Of a DNA stretch of 64,000 nucleotides, positions 24,379 through 37,748 are shown in pieces (position 1 is the first letter of the stretch; each line of letters opens with the position of its first letter). A program made the translations under genes and the position numbers. The notes beneath the pieces were generated by a model that searched no databases, had not been told where the DNA came from, and was given only the letters and a program-made list of their open reading frames with translations. Origin of the DNA: Botryllus schlosseri (taxonomy: Eukaryota); assembly GCA_051294905.1 (NCBI GenBank), contig CM119371.1, forward strand, positions 19,718,001 to 19,782,000, read 5' to 3'.

Positions 24379-26542
24379 CTCTATTTTGGCTGGTAACTGA
24401 GGCTGTGCAATTACTTACGTAGTTTATTGGTTCTACTTATATGTGAGCGATACAGCGCCTTACATCCATGTATATTCAACTCTACATTCCGTCATCTGTT
24501 CAAAATCAATGACCACTCAATCGGCATTTAAGACAGCTAGCAAAATACAATGACGTAATCACGCCTCATAACTCGAAAAGGCAATTTGACTTGAATTATG
24601 ACTTGACTCGTGACTTGACTTGACTTGACTCAACTTGACTCGAGTCATCTCCAAAAATCGACTGACTTGACTTGACTCGAGTCACCTTCGAAAATCGATT
24701 GACTTGACTTGACTCGAGTCAAAATATGTAATGACTCGAAATGACTCGTGACTCGAAAATAGTGACTTGATCCCAACACTGTTAGGATTTTTCTTCACGC
24801 TTCGCGCGTTTACTTGTCACACGATTTCTTGCTTTGTAGCCTAGGCCTACCCCCCTGAAAAATTTATCCGATTGAGTCCAACTATATTCGAATTACGAGA
24901 GAAAGTCTTTTCGTGTTTGCACTCGCAGAAAGATCGTCGACGATGAAATGTAGGTACAAAATGATTGTCGTATATTAGCGGAAATCTTCGATATCGATAT
25001 GTCCAGATGCCGAATAGTCATGTCCTTGCAAACTGAGCCCAGCGGGCGGTATACAGTCGACCCGCAATATACCCAAGTATTATTAATAACTTTGAAAATT
25101 TTACGCGCCTGGCGCGGCTAGTGGGCAGCACACTCGTACGTGGCTAGTGGGCAGCACACTCGTTCGTCAATTTCATGTGGCCACTTAGCTGAAAAGGTTG
25201 GCCACCCCTGGTCTATATAGATTACTAATTTACTTGTAGGTTAGTTATCTATAGTAATCTAGAGTCGGTGATGTCATAATGAATTGTTGTCAATTGTCGA
25301 TAGCATCATAGTTGCACTGGAACGCACTTTACTCCTTGTCATTTCTCCGTACAGTATCAAAATTTTGATGCGGCGTTTTAACACTGGCGCTGTACTCGTT
25401 AAAATTAAGCCATACAGCTCAATTCAATCTTTAAATAAGCGATTATTAATAAAACTGTAACTGTAGTAAGAGCAATATGGTCGGACACCACGACCTGATC
25501 AATAGAAATTCGATTTGTACCAAAAACCCAATGTTTTGACGTTCGATATTGGTGCACTCGTTCCGTTACCAGTCCATCCGAATCAGAACATCAAGAATGA
25601 ATTTACGAAACAGATGATTACAAATTGGAAATCGCGTATCAAATCAGTAATTTGTCTCCACCATAAAATAATATGGGGTCCTGACATCGCATTGAGTAGC
25701 TCGCACCGCGAAAATTGTTCGCTGAGTGTAACGGCGATTTAGGCTACTCTTCTGCCATCCCCTATTTACGCTAGAAAATCCTTACTGGAGTGAATGACGA
25801 TCATGCCCAGTAATGAATTCCAATTCGCATGCATAATTGCATACTCAATAGCACTGTCCAATTTCGCGGCCCGATTAAAGAACTATCACGAAAGAACGAA
25901 TATTTGCTCATCCGATTCATAGCAACGATGAGATGGAATTTTTCGGCTCCTGCCCGTCATATCGACAAGTGCAACGAAATCACATTTTTATCCTCTCTCC
26001 CATTTTGCGTAATATACAGTGATCGTTATTTTCAAACCGTACTATTGGCCAACAAGGTTGTGCTGATGACGAAGTTGCGGGTATGTCGAATACCCACAAT
26101 ATTCACTGGCACATCTAGCATACCGAGTTTCAGCACTCGTGTATGAAAATTGAACATTGAACATATGACTGCTCTGCTGTTAAATCCTCAGGAACATGGT
26201 TAGTCGAAAAAAGTATCGCCAAAGACGAAAAGATTGTTAATTTCGCGAAGGCCTGCTGTTGAATTATGTGAACTCAGCAGATATGGTTGTTGCATATATA
26301 ATAGAATCTTATGAAATGCGTCGGAGCCGGAGCTACCCCTCAAATATCTAGCTCCGGCTCCTGCTCCACCTCCGGCAAAAATGCACAGCTCCGGGTTCCG
26401 GCTCCGGGTTCCGGCTCCGGCTCCAAAGCCCTGCTCTGTACAATAAAGATATTTTGAAGCATTTTGGCCAAATTAGTTAACTAAATGTACCTGTATTTGA
26501 GAGTTACAGAATTGAATTGTAAGAATGTTTCTTCATCGTATC

Positions 26543-27058
26543 TAGGGCTGGGCACAATGATTCGAGTACTCGAATCTGAATCGAATATTAATTTTAATGA
26601 TTCGAGTCGAGTAGTAAAAGATGATTTTTTCGAGTACTGAAATTGTACGCTTCTCGCCACTGAAAGTTAATTTATCAACGAAAATTATAGTTTCGACACA
26701 ACTTTTCACTGTTGAACCTCGAAACCTTGATCGGCCGTATCGTAGCATACGAAACATATAATACAAAGCTACAAACGTTATTGGAAACAGCACATTTCCG
26801 AAGTCATGATCATCTCACAACATTGTCACCAAGTGCAATGAAATCGGTATGGTCGAAAAAATACCAAAGAATCTTTGATGTGATGGAAAACAGGCATTAT
26901 ATTCTTTGTGGTCGCATAAAAGGTACATAATCAAACTTTTACATATTACATTCTGTTATGACGTCATAATGAGTGATACTCGATTACTCGACTTGACTCG
27001 AAGCATAATACGTGATTCAGAATCGAATCACTCAGGTACTCGATTTTGCCCAACCCTA
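26543..27058. mobile_element. hAT MITE (TAGGG-type, CGAGTA/ACTCG repeats)
   Basis: TIR tagggctgggca / tgcccaacccta; TSD ATCGTATC / TTCGTATC. Confidence 0.8.
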
Positions 27059-28417
27059 TTCGTATCACAAAGAGCTTGGTGCAGGACTAAATTTAATGTG
27101 AGCAAATCTCTGCCACATTCTCAGTTGATATAGTCGTCACACAAAGCAATAAAACAAAACAAAATGTATTACAATTAATTTCCATGTATTGCCAATCCCA
27201 TAGGAGAATTCGGGATGTCTACATCGATCAGCTCGAGCTAAATGCTGTGAGTCCGTAGGCCTTACCCGATGGTTGTTAGAACAACTTGGGTTTGATCCCG
27301 AAAATAGCGCATACAATTATGCCGTTAATTCGTCGAGTGGTCTTATAGTGAAGTCCCAACCCGACAACGGACTTCGACCACTTACCCATTGTTTTTACTA
27401 CAGTCCTTAAAATAGGAGAGCGCCAGACTCAGGCAGTTTTTGAAAGGGGGCGCTGGAGAAAAAAAGGTTAAGAACCACGGGTGTAAAGCATAATTCTTTA
27501 ATTAGGGCCCGTGGACCGTGAATCCTTCGGGGGGCCCACAGACTACTATCCAAGGGGTCCTTGAAAAGCCCAAAGAGTCTAGTGATTAAATCTGGATTTA
27601 CGACCAATCTGTGGATTGATGAATCCATCGATTAGGAAATAGATGATATCCCTCGATTAAGTAGTATATGATATTAAACGAATAGGAAGTGGGATGATCT
27701 CCTCACGCCAAAGTAGTAATCAACATATTTCGGAATGTATGATGGCGGGCCCTATAATCTTAAAATTTAGCACGATTACTAGGTATTTACCTGTTGTCAA
27801 TGCTCATTCATTTTGTTACATCATGCAGCCACCACGCGCGACCCAGGATACATCTATAGCTCAATTTGCGTTACAGCAAATTCCATTCCCCTTTAATTTA
27901 CAATTGAAATCTATCAGCATGTTCAGTGTTCAATAACTCATTGATTGCGTCACGTTTTCCAATAGGGACATAGTTTAATCAATGAACAGACATGGTGCAA
28001 AAGGCCTCCAGATCTATACGTACCAGTTTTTCATTGCCGGATGGATAAGTAGTGTGACCTGTGTGAATGCCGGTAATTTTGCACGCATAGTGAATCGACG
28101 GTTGAGAATATATATTGCAGAAGCACCCGGTTTTGTATCGGGTAAATTTCGTCTCCAACATCGTTTTCCATTTGGATTTATATCTCGCCGTTTGAGGGCA
28201 CAGTGTGGATACTGCATGTTTTGTGACTTCCGTTTTATAATAAAGACCATTTAACAGGGTTAATTCGAGTCTATAAGTATGAATTCACGGCGATGCCAAA
28301 ACTGCCAAAAATAATATATGAAAAATGCCTGATTATGACCATCACTAGTGTAGGCCTATCTAATGGGATCACAACTACGATTAAGTTGAGGACATGGGTT
28401 TTACCGGTTTGCACAAC

Positions 28418-28490
28418 GCCTCGATGGCGCAGTAGGCAGCGCGTGAGTCTCATAATCTCAAGGTCGTGAGTTCGATCCTCACTCGGGGCA
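28418..28490 (+). tRNA. trnM-CAT: tRNA-Met (CAT), elongator type
   Basis: 73-nt cloverleaf GCCTCGA...TCGGGGCA with anticodon loop CT-CAT-AA and TTCGAT T-loop. It closely matches the metazoan elongator tRNA-Met. T5 Pol III terminator at 28493-28497. Confidence 0.96.
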
Positions 28491-28586
28491 TGTTTTTCCA
28501 TCCGGTTAAAGCAGTGGTTGTTCACCTTTTTTCCTAGCGCCACCTTTCGGAAATTTTCATGGTCTGGCGCACCCCATCGTTTGAGG

Positions 28587-30161
28587 CAGGGGTCGCCAAC
28601 TCAAAACGGGTCGCGGACCACTTTTCAAAATTCGTAGAGGCCGCGGGCCGCATGACTTCAATGTCGAGATAAAACAGGCAACGCAGTTTAACAGCCACGT
28701 TTTAATACGTCTACGTCAGTACAACGCCGTTCTCTTTAACACGGGCAACGGGCAAAGTTACCGCAAAAGAAATAATATTTTATTGAAGAAATACAAATAG
28801 CCTACAAAAAAATCAAGACTTTCATTCTATTTTGAGCTATGAGCTGCGCACGATACCTGACAACACTATTCAGCAACTAAAGCACATGTGGCCAAACTTT
28901 TTCCTATTCAAGGCCGCATTTCGATTAGGCTACTTATGTTGGCTATGGTCGAATTCTAGTGCATAGTCGTAATGAGCTAACTGGAGGTCAAATACCCACG
29001 TTGAACTGTCTAGTGTCCATGTCCATTGCCGGTGAACTCCGGACTAATCGAGTTACTGATATCGGCATAATCTGCACCACAATCGTTAGTTAAAAATAAG
29101 CACAGGCATTCGTGGACTAGTCGCGCGAAGCGCGAATATTTTTTCATGTTCTTGAGTGCATTTCGTCGTTAATACATGTATAGTTTCACATATTACTATC
29201 ACATATTTATCCTTTGTCAGCCCATGTAATCAAATTCACCGGTAAAGCTGATGCCGAGGGTGTCGTCGCAAATTTAGGAAAGTTATAAATGCTCTGCTGT
29301 ATCTTTGGGTGGGCCAATTGTTATCAGTGCCCTTTGTGGCATGCTGTTTTCTTGACCATTCATCAGGATTGTCAGTGTAGTGGAAGGATATTGGATTCGC
29401 CAAACGTTGGCCTACCACATTTCCTTCGTGATGAAGAGAACGCGATTACAAATTGGTATTTTTTTAAGGGGCGCATCAATTTCCCCTGCTGTTTGCACCC
29501 GTACTGTGGGGATCAGATTACAAAGAACACTACTATATTAAAATCGAAAATCAACTCGCAATGAACCGCGCCTGGCGCAAGGGAAATTTCAAGAATAATT
29601 CAAACCTCTCATTATAATTAGGGAGTCAATTCGTTAATTCAATTTGCATATTGACTGCCGCCAACACATCCTAATAGAAATAAGTGTCGACGGCCGCATA
29701 ATATTCCTTCTACTGCCGCAGATTGGCCACTCCTGGACTAAATGATCGATATTGGGATTAGCTCGACATGGTGCTTGCTGGAAAACTATATCTTCTCGTA
29801 AAGCTCAGTATTTTAAGGCGCCCGAAGTCGTTTTCTAAGAGTCTTGCGGTCTTGGCAGGGGTGGTCCCTGTGCACTTCAAGGCAATATGCCCAACTGCTC
29901 ATTCATATTGGCAAATTCTTCCTCCATGAAATGTTATTACCATCGCCGAAGCCGTATCAGCTAGTGAGGAATAGTGATATTGGGCACAGAAGAATAGCTT
30001 ACTTCGAACGACAACAACAATATGTTTGAACTGAAATCATTTACAGCATTTCAAAATGCTTTACCAAGTGTTCTTCCGAAATTACAAAATCAGGTCGCGG
30101 CCAGCAAAATAGGACCTCGCTGGCTGCATGCGGTCCGCGTTCCGCATTTTGGTGACCCGTG
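28587..30161. mobile_element. Composite hAT non-autonomous element with a nested second hAT
   Basis: TIR caggggtcgccaa / ttggtgacccgtg; TSD GTTTGAGG / GTTTAAGG. The right half is the reverse complement of 56593-57150. Confidence 0.75.
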
Positions 30162-30594
30162 GTTTAAGGACTGTACTGCATGGGCGGGGTGGAGGTCTAA
30201 GTCCGGTAATTTTTTCGGGATTGGACCGAACTATCGGAAATACTTCGCGCTTGAATTGCGTCTGATGACCACTCGACTAATTAACGATCTAATATGATTG
30301 TATGTATTATTTTCGGGATAAAATCAAGATTCTTACCAAGATTCTTATAACAGCTGTCGGGTACGGGCTCATACCCCGAGCTTAATGTACAGTGTACACA
30401 CCACTATTCGTTCACGTTGTATTTTGTAGCTCTCGAGAACAAAGATATTTCTAGTTATTTATTCTGGTTGATGGCATCTAATCGTGTCTACTGTGCAAAT
30501 GGCTCTCGCTGTTAAAAGAGGTATGGAACCACGCTTCCAGATTCTCAGACGCAGTGTGCTGCAATATATAATACCTAGTTCAAACCATTTTGTC

Positions 30595-30914
30595 GCGTCC
30601 GGCATCTCGATCGGTAGGTCGTGGGTTCGATCCCCGGCCGGGTCAGACCAAAGACTTGATTAGTAACACTGGTATCCATGACTTCCCTGCTTGGCGCTCA
30701 TGCATTACTGGGATAGCCTGGAGGGGTGGTGCAAGACTTAGAAAGCCGTAATAGGCTGTAGCTGTACCTTCCTTGTCCTGCGGCATATGTACATCATGCA
30801 CTCATGATATGCATATGCGCAGATCGTGTGTAGGTATATCATGAGTCGGTGTATATATGCCGCAAAAAAAACATCAAGGACAAAAATAAACTACGTCCTT
30901 TCCTTTCCTTTCAA
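30595..30914 (+). mobile_element. tRNA-derived SINE (family A), 5'-clipped
   Basis: B box GGTTCGATCC, central cttccctgcttggcgctca motif, (CCTTT)n tail. Paralog of 10385-10701. Confidence 0.8.
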
Positions 30915-31210
30915 GTAACATTTTGCTATCTAGAAGTACGCGTATGAGCGATAAGGAACACATTTTAGATGAATTATAGTAGCCGCTTCATTAGCGGAAA
31001 CCCTACGCGACGAAAGTTTTCGTTAATTGATGAATTTTGTTTCGAATGAATGAATGGATAAAATTTGCAAAGGGATCGCAGAGAAATATAGAACTATCGA
31101 AATTTGCATCTCCCATTCCCCCCCCCCCATATCACCCCTGAGTGTTTCCGCCCCATTGGAAGTCCATATGGCCCATAGGGGGCGCTGACGACATGGTTAA
31201 GACTTAAGAA

Positions 31211-31607
31211 TAGGGTTGCATTCAAAACAAACAGTGTTTAAAAAAAGGCCTTAAAAACAAAATTTTATTTTTTTTAGTTGTGAAATCATGCCATAATTGT
31301 GTAAATACTTCCCAGAAAACATGTTGTATGAGCCTACGGACAATTACCACCCGAAATAGCCGACGTCAATCGATATGGGATGTTTGGATCCCTCAAAATA
31401 GTAGGTTCAACATTAATAGTACAAATATTTCGTCAAATGAGCCATCTTTACCCTATATTTTCAATTGTTAATGTCAATACACTATGACGTCACATTTGAA
31501 TATTCGTGACGTCATTGCTTTAAAAAACAAAAAAAACATGTTTTAAATTTGGGCCTTGTTTTAAACATTTTTGTTTTAAATTGATTTTATTTTTAAATGC
31601 AACCCTA
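31211..31607. mobile_element. hAT MITE inserted into the terminus of another hAT
   Basis: TIR tagggttgcatt / aatgcaacccta; TSD CTTAAGAA. Confidence 0.85.
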
Positions 31608-32941
31608 CTTAAGAACCACTGGATCAAAGTCTGTGACCAGACTTGTAATTCGTAATACTCTTCTATTACCTTTCTAATCAGACGATATTCCTCACATCGT
31701 AATCCAGTATCCCTCTCCTATATAATTGGGATTATAAACCAGAACGCAATATTGGTTTTTGATTATAGACTGAGGACATGGCAATAATATATATACTATG
31801 TATATTTAAAACCAACCAACCATGAATTTGATGATATCGTGCACGCATCAGAAGCAATGGCAAGATTTCATAGGCTGTTTAACCTCAATAACCAATCTTC
31901 AAAACTATAGGGACGAAAGTCGGCTGTCCCGATTCTTAGAACAAGATGGAAATTTGAATCTGTGAGTAGTACACTGTAAATTTCAAACTCGTTTCTGAAA
32001 CGGAAAATTAAACGCCAAAAGTGAGCCCCTTTTTACCGTCCGATTGTGTCTACAAATACGTCTACCACTTTTTCCGTTTAAGTATAACGCTGATGCGTTA
32101 AATACCAACGCAGAGCTCAAAATGAAAATAGCTACGCTGTCAGGCTGAGCAACGACACGGAGCTCGAACTGAAAACGAATTTTATTGCAAAAAAACAGTT
32201 CATTCATATGCAATATGCATGCACTCAAAATACTCTCTATGCACAGCTGTCAGGTAACGTTAAGGATTTCTTGTCCTTTTGTGCATGAAACACTGGTATT
32301 ATCAACCAATACCCATCCTTGATGAACGCCCGACTCATGGCAGACGATCAGTATGTGTGGTGGATCCATTTTAGAACATGCAACTTCCGCCTCATGCCCC
32401 TGAAATAATACGAATGCATATAAATTGTGCAGTAAGAGTATATATAGTCAATATATGAAATGATGACCACCATTTTCGAAGCATGACTGTTCAAGGGACT
32501 GCTGAGCTAGAATAAAACAGAACACTCTTAGCTCCGACTTCAATCCACACAGCTCAAATGTGCACGCTCATAATCAGACTTAGGCAACCAGATAATTCTA
32601 GTTGTCTAATTTGACTAAATTAGAGCAAAATGCCAGTAATCTAATTCTACTCTAATTTGGAGAAGCTGAAAATTTTCTAGTTGTCCAAGTCTGCTCAGAA
32701 TAACGTTTGTAACGATGTACTTTCAATCTTTCCTACACTATATTACTCAAGCAGGTTTTGGCTAGCGCGTTAGTTGCAAAAATGCCCCCTGAAACTTGGC
32801 AGCGTGAAATTGACTATATAGTTGGACCACTGATGACAAGACCACGACGCATAAAAAATGGCCTAGGGGTTGCCCACAAGATCAATCTTTAGGATGAAAT
32901 ATTCTTTCAGATACATGTATGACCATTGACCATAGTCCTAA

Positions 32942-33447
32942 ATGGGTTGTAACAAATCACAAGGCTCTGAGTCACAAGTCGATCGCAATTTTATAGTTTT
33001 GACTCGAGTCAAGTCGAGTCATTTTCAATTCACCACTGAATCAAGTCCGAGTCCAAGTCATTGTGTTGACTGATCAGTTTCCAGTTGAAGTCTTGTTAAA
33101 CCCACTTTTGTAGCCCTGTTTGGTGATATCGAATGGCCCGCATTCAAAATATACTGATTTTCCTCACTCTCAACAGTTTCTGGTCACATTTCCAAGTACC
33201 AGTACAAATATACGAAATCACAATAGGGTGGTTACTTAACTATTCGAAATTACAAGGAAATGTCAGTCTTGGCCGTCTGAGTCTCGAGTCATATGACTTG
33301 GTTCAAGTCATACGCAATGACTCGAGTCCAAGTCGAGTCAATACACAGATTGACTCGCGTCGGGTCGAGTCATTTCCGTATTTTGAGAAAATGACTCCAG
33401 TCAAACCGAGTCATCAGAAAATCGTGACTCGAGTTATTACAACCCTG
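32942..33447. mobile_element. hAT MITE (GACTCG repeats)
   Basis: TSD AGTCCTAA (32934-32941, 33448-33455); inverted paralog at 33910-34719. Confidence 0.8.
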
Positions 33448-33909
33448 AGTCCTAATTTCGATGCATTAGTCGATGAAGAACATGATAACTGATCAGGTAT
33501 CGTGCGCAGCTTAGTAGTTCAGAATAAAATGAAGTTTATGATCATAATACTTCTTGTTGTATTTGTACTCCTTTGATAAAATGACTTCTTTTGTGGTAAC
33601 CATGCCCATCGCCCATGCAAGTGAGCACGGCGCTGTGCTAACGTGGAGTTTTAAAAACGCGATCGCAGACTGTAAGTCACCGTATATGCCAGCATGGCTA
33701 TTATTGGTCACTGTAACTACTATTGTAGGAACGGTGCAGTAATGCGATGGCAGCTGGGCACTCTGCGCGAGAGGGTTATTCTTGCTGCAAAATGCCATAG
33801 ACAAAGAGGCACTTTCATGAAAACACTGAATTAGATTAGAACTAAAATTAGAGCACAAAAACATTTAACCAATTAGATTAGAATTACAATCTGACCGCAG
33901 GGACATTTC

Positions 33910-34719
33910 CAGTGTTGTGATGACTCGAGTCACGATTTTCTGATGACTCGACTTGACGCGCGTCATTTGCACAAAATACTGAGATGACTCGACTCCAGTG
34001 TAGTGACTCGACTTGGACTCGTGCCGATGCGCACGACTCGAACCAAGTCATATGATTCAAGACTCAGACGGCCAAGACCGACATTTCATTGTCATTTCAA
34101 AGAACAGTAAAGTAACCACCCTATTGGTATTTCGTCTGGTCTCGTACCTGAAAATGTGACCAGAAAACTGTTACAAGTGAGGAAAATTAGTACATTATAA
34201 ATGTGAACCATTCGATACCACCAAGCAGGTGGCGGGGTATAGCGTAGTAGTATAATCCGCGGCTGCAACACCAATGGGCGCGGGTTTGAGTCCGACCGAG
34301 GTCGACTTTCGAATGCCGGTACCTAAGTGTTGGAGGTTTACCTAGGCTCCTCCTCGCCCCCTCATATGCGTAAGCGCCGTCTTACAAAAAGCCTAGAGGT
34401 GGGCCGTGCTATAAGTCAGCAGTTACAGAAAATAAGACGAATACCGGCCTGGTGTAAATGACCATAGTAGTCGACAAACACCATGAATACCACAAAATAA
34501 ATGAACAAAACCAAATTGAGTTGTAAAAGTGGGTTTACCAAGACTATAACTGGAAACTGAGCAGTGAACACAATGACTTGGACACGGACTCGAGTCACAA
34601 TAACATGACTCGGACTCGACTCGTTGGTGAATTGAAAATGACTCCACTCGACTCGAGTTAAGACTATAAAAGTGAGATTGACTTGCGACTCGGAGCTTTG
34701 TGACTTGGTTACAAACCTG
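33910..34719. mobile_element. hAT MITE, inverted paralog of 32942-33447, interrupted by a SINE
   Basis: TSD GACATTTC / AACATTTC; internal sequence is the reverse complement of the 32942 copy. Confidence 0.8.
34229..34512 (+). mobile_element. tRNA-derived SINE (family B, Cys-like GCA loop)
   Basis: A box TAGCGTAGTAG, B box GGTTTGAGTCC, tail ...gtcgacaaacaccatgaataccacaaa. Paralogs on minus at 39590-39895, 46343-46630 and 60318-60478; tail fragment at 6031-6072. Confidence 0.8.
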
Positions 34720-35380
34720 AACATTTCACAAATTAGATTACTGGAATTTTTCGATAATTTAGTGAAACAAGTCAAGGTCTCGGTGAACATGCCGATATCA
34801 TTTTGTGCAAATGTTTCATCACCGACGCTCTCGCTGCAAGCGCAGTTAGACTGAATTCTTTAAATTAAACGTATTCATCATTTTCAGTAGGGGGCTCCAA
34901 TACCAAATGCAAGAAATCGAGTGACATTAAACCATGCGAAGTGCTAAGAGAAATTTCAAGTCAAATAAATCTACTACGAAATATTCTACTATACATGATC
35001 ATGAATATACCAAGATCTGCAACAAATGTTGCTGGCCCTGGTTACACCAATGGCCTTACAACTTAACCTGATGTTATAACTAATTTCGAAGAGCTTCTTG
35101 GAGGTACAGAACTTCAATATACAATTCAACTAATTTCGAGAATTATACCTCGCGGGCCACACGAAACCTTCTCGCGGGCCACATTTATCCGCCCCTTCCT
35201 CAAAGTATCGAGGTAGAACAGGGGTAGCCAACGTGGCAATTGGTAATATATCTAATTTCAACAATCAACTCCTCCCTTAAAACCTTCTCGCTGGCCCTAT
35301 GTAGCCGATGCACAGTGGGCCACCGTTTGGTCACTTGTGACCTATATAGAATTATACAAGTGACCTATATAGAATTATAC

Positions 35381-37748
35381 CTGTTTTACGTCGATGGCGA
35401 GCAATGTTGACTTTGATCTTAATCGCCCATCGGTCAATTCTTTCTGAAGCAGAATTTTCACTTTTTTTCTTTCATCTTCTCCCTGGAAAACATCGTTATC
35501 AACAAGTTAGTAATCGAAGTACACACATGAAAACAATGGCATGAATTTCGAGGCAACCTATAAGAATCATTTGTCTGGTACAGCCCCGGTGAGCGATCTG
35601 AATGTTTGAATCCGGTCCGTGATGTCAGTCCGGTTTGACAGCCCTGCCATCTTATCCTACTAATTTCCGTCGTGTTCAGGTATAGGATATATTCAGTATG
35701 TGTGGCTAAATAATAAATAATTTGGTACTGACCGTTCCTTCAGAAATTGCACCAATCATCTTGTCCACAGTGGAGAGCATAATACGGTACTGCTGTATCA
35801 TTTTCGATGTCGGGCATGATGCTAAAAGCTCAAATTCTTCTCGGATCTGAACATTCAAGTAGAACATCAGCATTTTATCGCTAAGGTTATCAGTATCACT
35901 CACAATGCGAGTAAATTGAGCACATTCTTGCCAAGAGCCCAGATACTCACTAGGTTCATATCGAAAAGATACAGAAATTTCTTCAGTATGTCACGAACAG
36001 CCTACCTGTGGGGGTATCCGCTAATATTTGGCGACGTGAGCTGTGAAATTATTTGAACAGCGCGCTAATTTTTGATAAGTCCGGATCATGCTTTGAATAC
36101 TCTTTCGCCAGAAGTTCTTCGCTGTCAGACACCATCTGGTCATTCCCTTATAATAATCAAAGGTTACGAAAACAGAGAAATGATTGAAATCATATTAGAT
36201 GCTATACCATCGATTGAACAGAAACTGACGACGGCTGTTTTCTTTTTGTTCTTGTAACGAATGCTTCTCATCTTTTGGGAGAGTTTCTTTGAGAAATATG
36301 TCTGTAATTGAGAAAGCCGTTTAAAGCAGGGCTTTGGAGCAGCCTTAAATTTTAATTGCTCCAGCTCCCGAGCTTTCTTCTATCATACATTAGCTCCGGC
36401 TCCAGCGCCGCATTATTACCACTGCTCCGGCTCTGAAAATTATAGAATGGGTCTGTCTATATATCAGGGTGGCCAACCCGCGGATCAACTGTGGCCCGCG
36501 AGAGGGTTTTGAGTGGCGCTCGAGGTAATTTGCTAGTATATTATTGAAATCCTGTTATCGAAAATGAATGGCTTAGATTGTGAACTTGCAAGGCCAACCA
36601 AAAATTACAAGTCTGGCTGCAACACTTGGGATGTTGATGACTAAAATATCAGTTCCGACGCATTGGCAGATAAAGGGTCAAGTCACATTTTTAGTAAATG
36701 GTCGTACATTACATTAAACTAAAATAGAAGTGAAATTTTTCTTCACGCTTCACGTGTAATTGTCACATGATTTTTTGCTTGGTAGCCTACCCCCTCCTGA
36801 AAATGAAATAATTCAACCGATTGAGTCGAACTGTATTAGCAATTACGGGCGAAATTCTTTTGCGCTCGCAGAAAGATCGACGATGAAATGTAGGCATAAA
36901 ATAATTGTTGCATATTACCGGAAACCTTCGATATCAATTTGTCCAGGCGCCGAATAGTCGTGTCCTTGCAAACTGAGCCCAGCGGGCGGTATACAGAAGA
37001 CCCGCAATATACTTGAGTAATAAAATTATTGACCTAATTCATTTATAAACTTTTTTTTTTACCCGCTTGGTGCGGCTAGTGGGCCGCGCACTCGTTCGTC
37101 AATTGCATGTGCCCCTTTAGCCGAAAAGGTTGGCTATCCCTTGTCTATATAGATTACTAATCTACCCATAGTTTAGTTATCTATAGTAATCCACAGTCAG
37201 TCAGCCGCCAGTAATATCGGATGCAGCAACGAAGTCATGGGTGCCGCCGTGCCGTCTTTGACATCATAATGAATACTTGTCAATTGTCGATAACATCTTA
37301 TTAGATGAGTATCAGCTCGAAAAGCTTCGGTTTTTAATAAATTCTGCAATGAATATATTATCAAAATGTATATTAAAGTTCATTACCCCAAAGAGTCTCA
37401 TCATAGTTGCAGTTGAACGCACTTTACTCCATGCCATTGCTGTGCACAGCATTAAAATTCAGGCCTGGTGTTATATTATGTGAAATTAGCTGATATGGTT
37501 CTTGTTGCATATATATATGTTGCATCTTGATTAATGCGTCGGAGCCGGAGCTACTCCGCAAATAACGGGCTCCAGCTCCGGCTGAATTTCATGTCGAGCT
37601 CCGGTAAAAATGCACGGCTCCGGCTCCAATGCTCTGGTTTAAAGGATATAGGTCAGGCCAAACAACTTGCAATGAACACTTACCCTTTATGTTGCCTGAC
37701 AACGTGATTCTTTAGCTCCTCAAGTTGGAAAAACGCGGATTATAGATT
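35381..37748 (-). pseudogene. Decayed multi-exon gene, probably a CACTA accessory (SAMD3-like) ORF
   Basis: GT-AG exons 37748-37684, 36301-36208, 36146-35951, 35846-35733 and 35482-35381 with compatible phases. They give ESIIRVFPT*GAKES.../TYFSKKLSQKMRSIRYKNKKK.../ELLAKEYSKHDPDLSKISALFK*FHSSRRQIL...VRDILKKFLYLF/IREEFELL.../GEDERKKVKILLQKE. Stops and one frameshift are present; family call is by motif recollection. Confidence 0.55.
36327..37636. mobile_element. Composite hAT element (GCTCCG repeats) with nested MITE 36465-37142
   Basis: TIR cagggctttggagc / gctccaatgctctg; TSD GTTTAAAG (36319-36326, 37637-37644). A second composite copy spans about 24783-26433. Confidence 0.82.
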
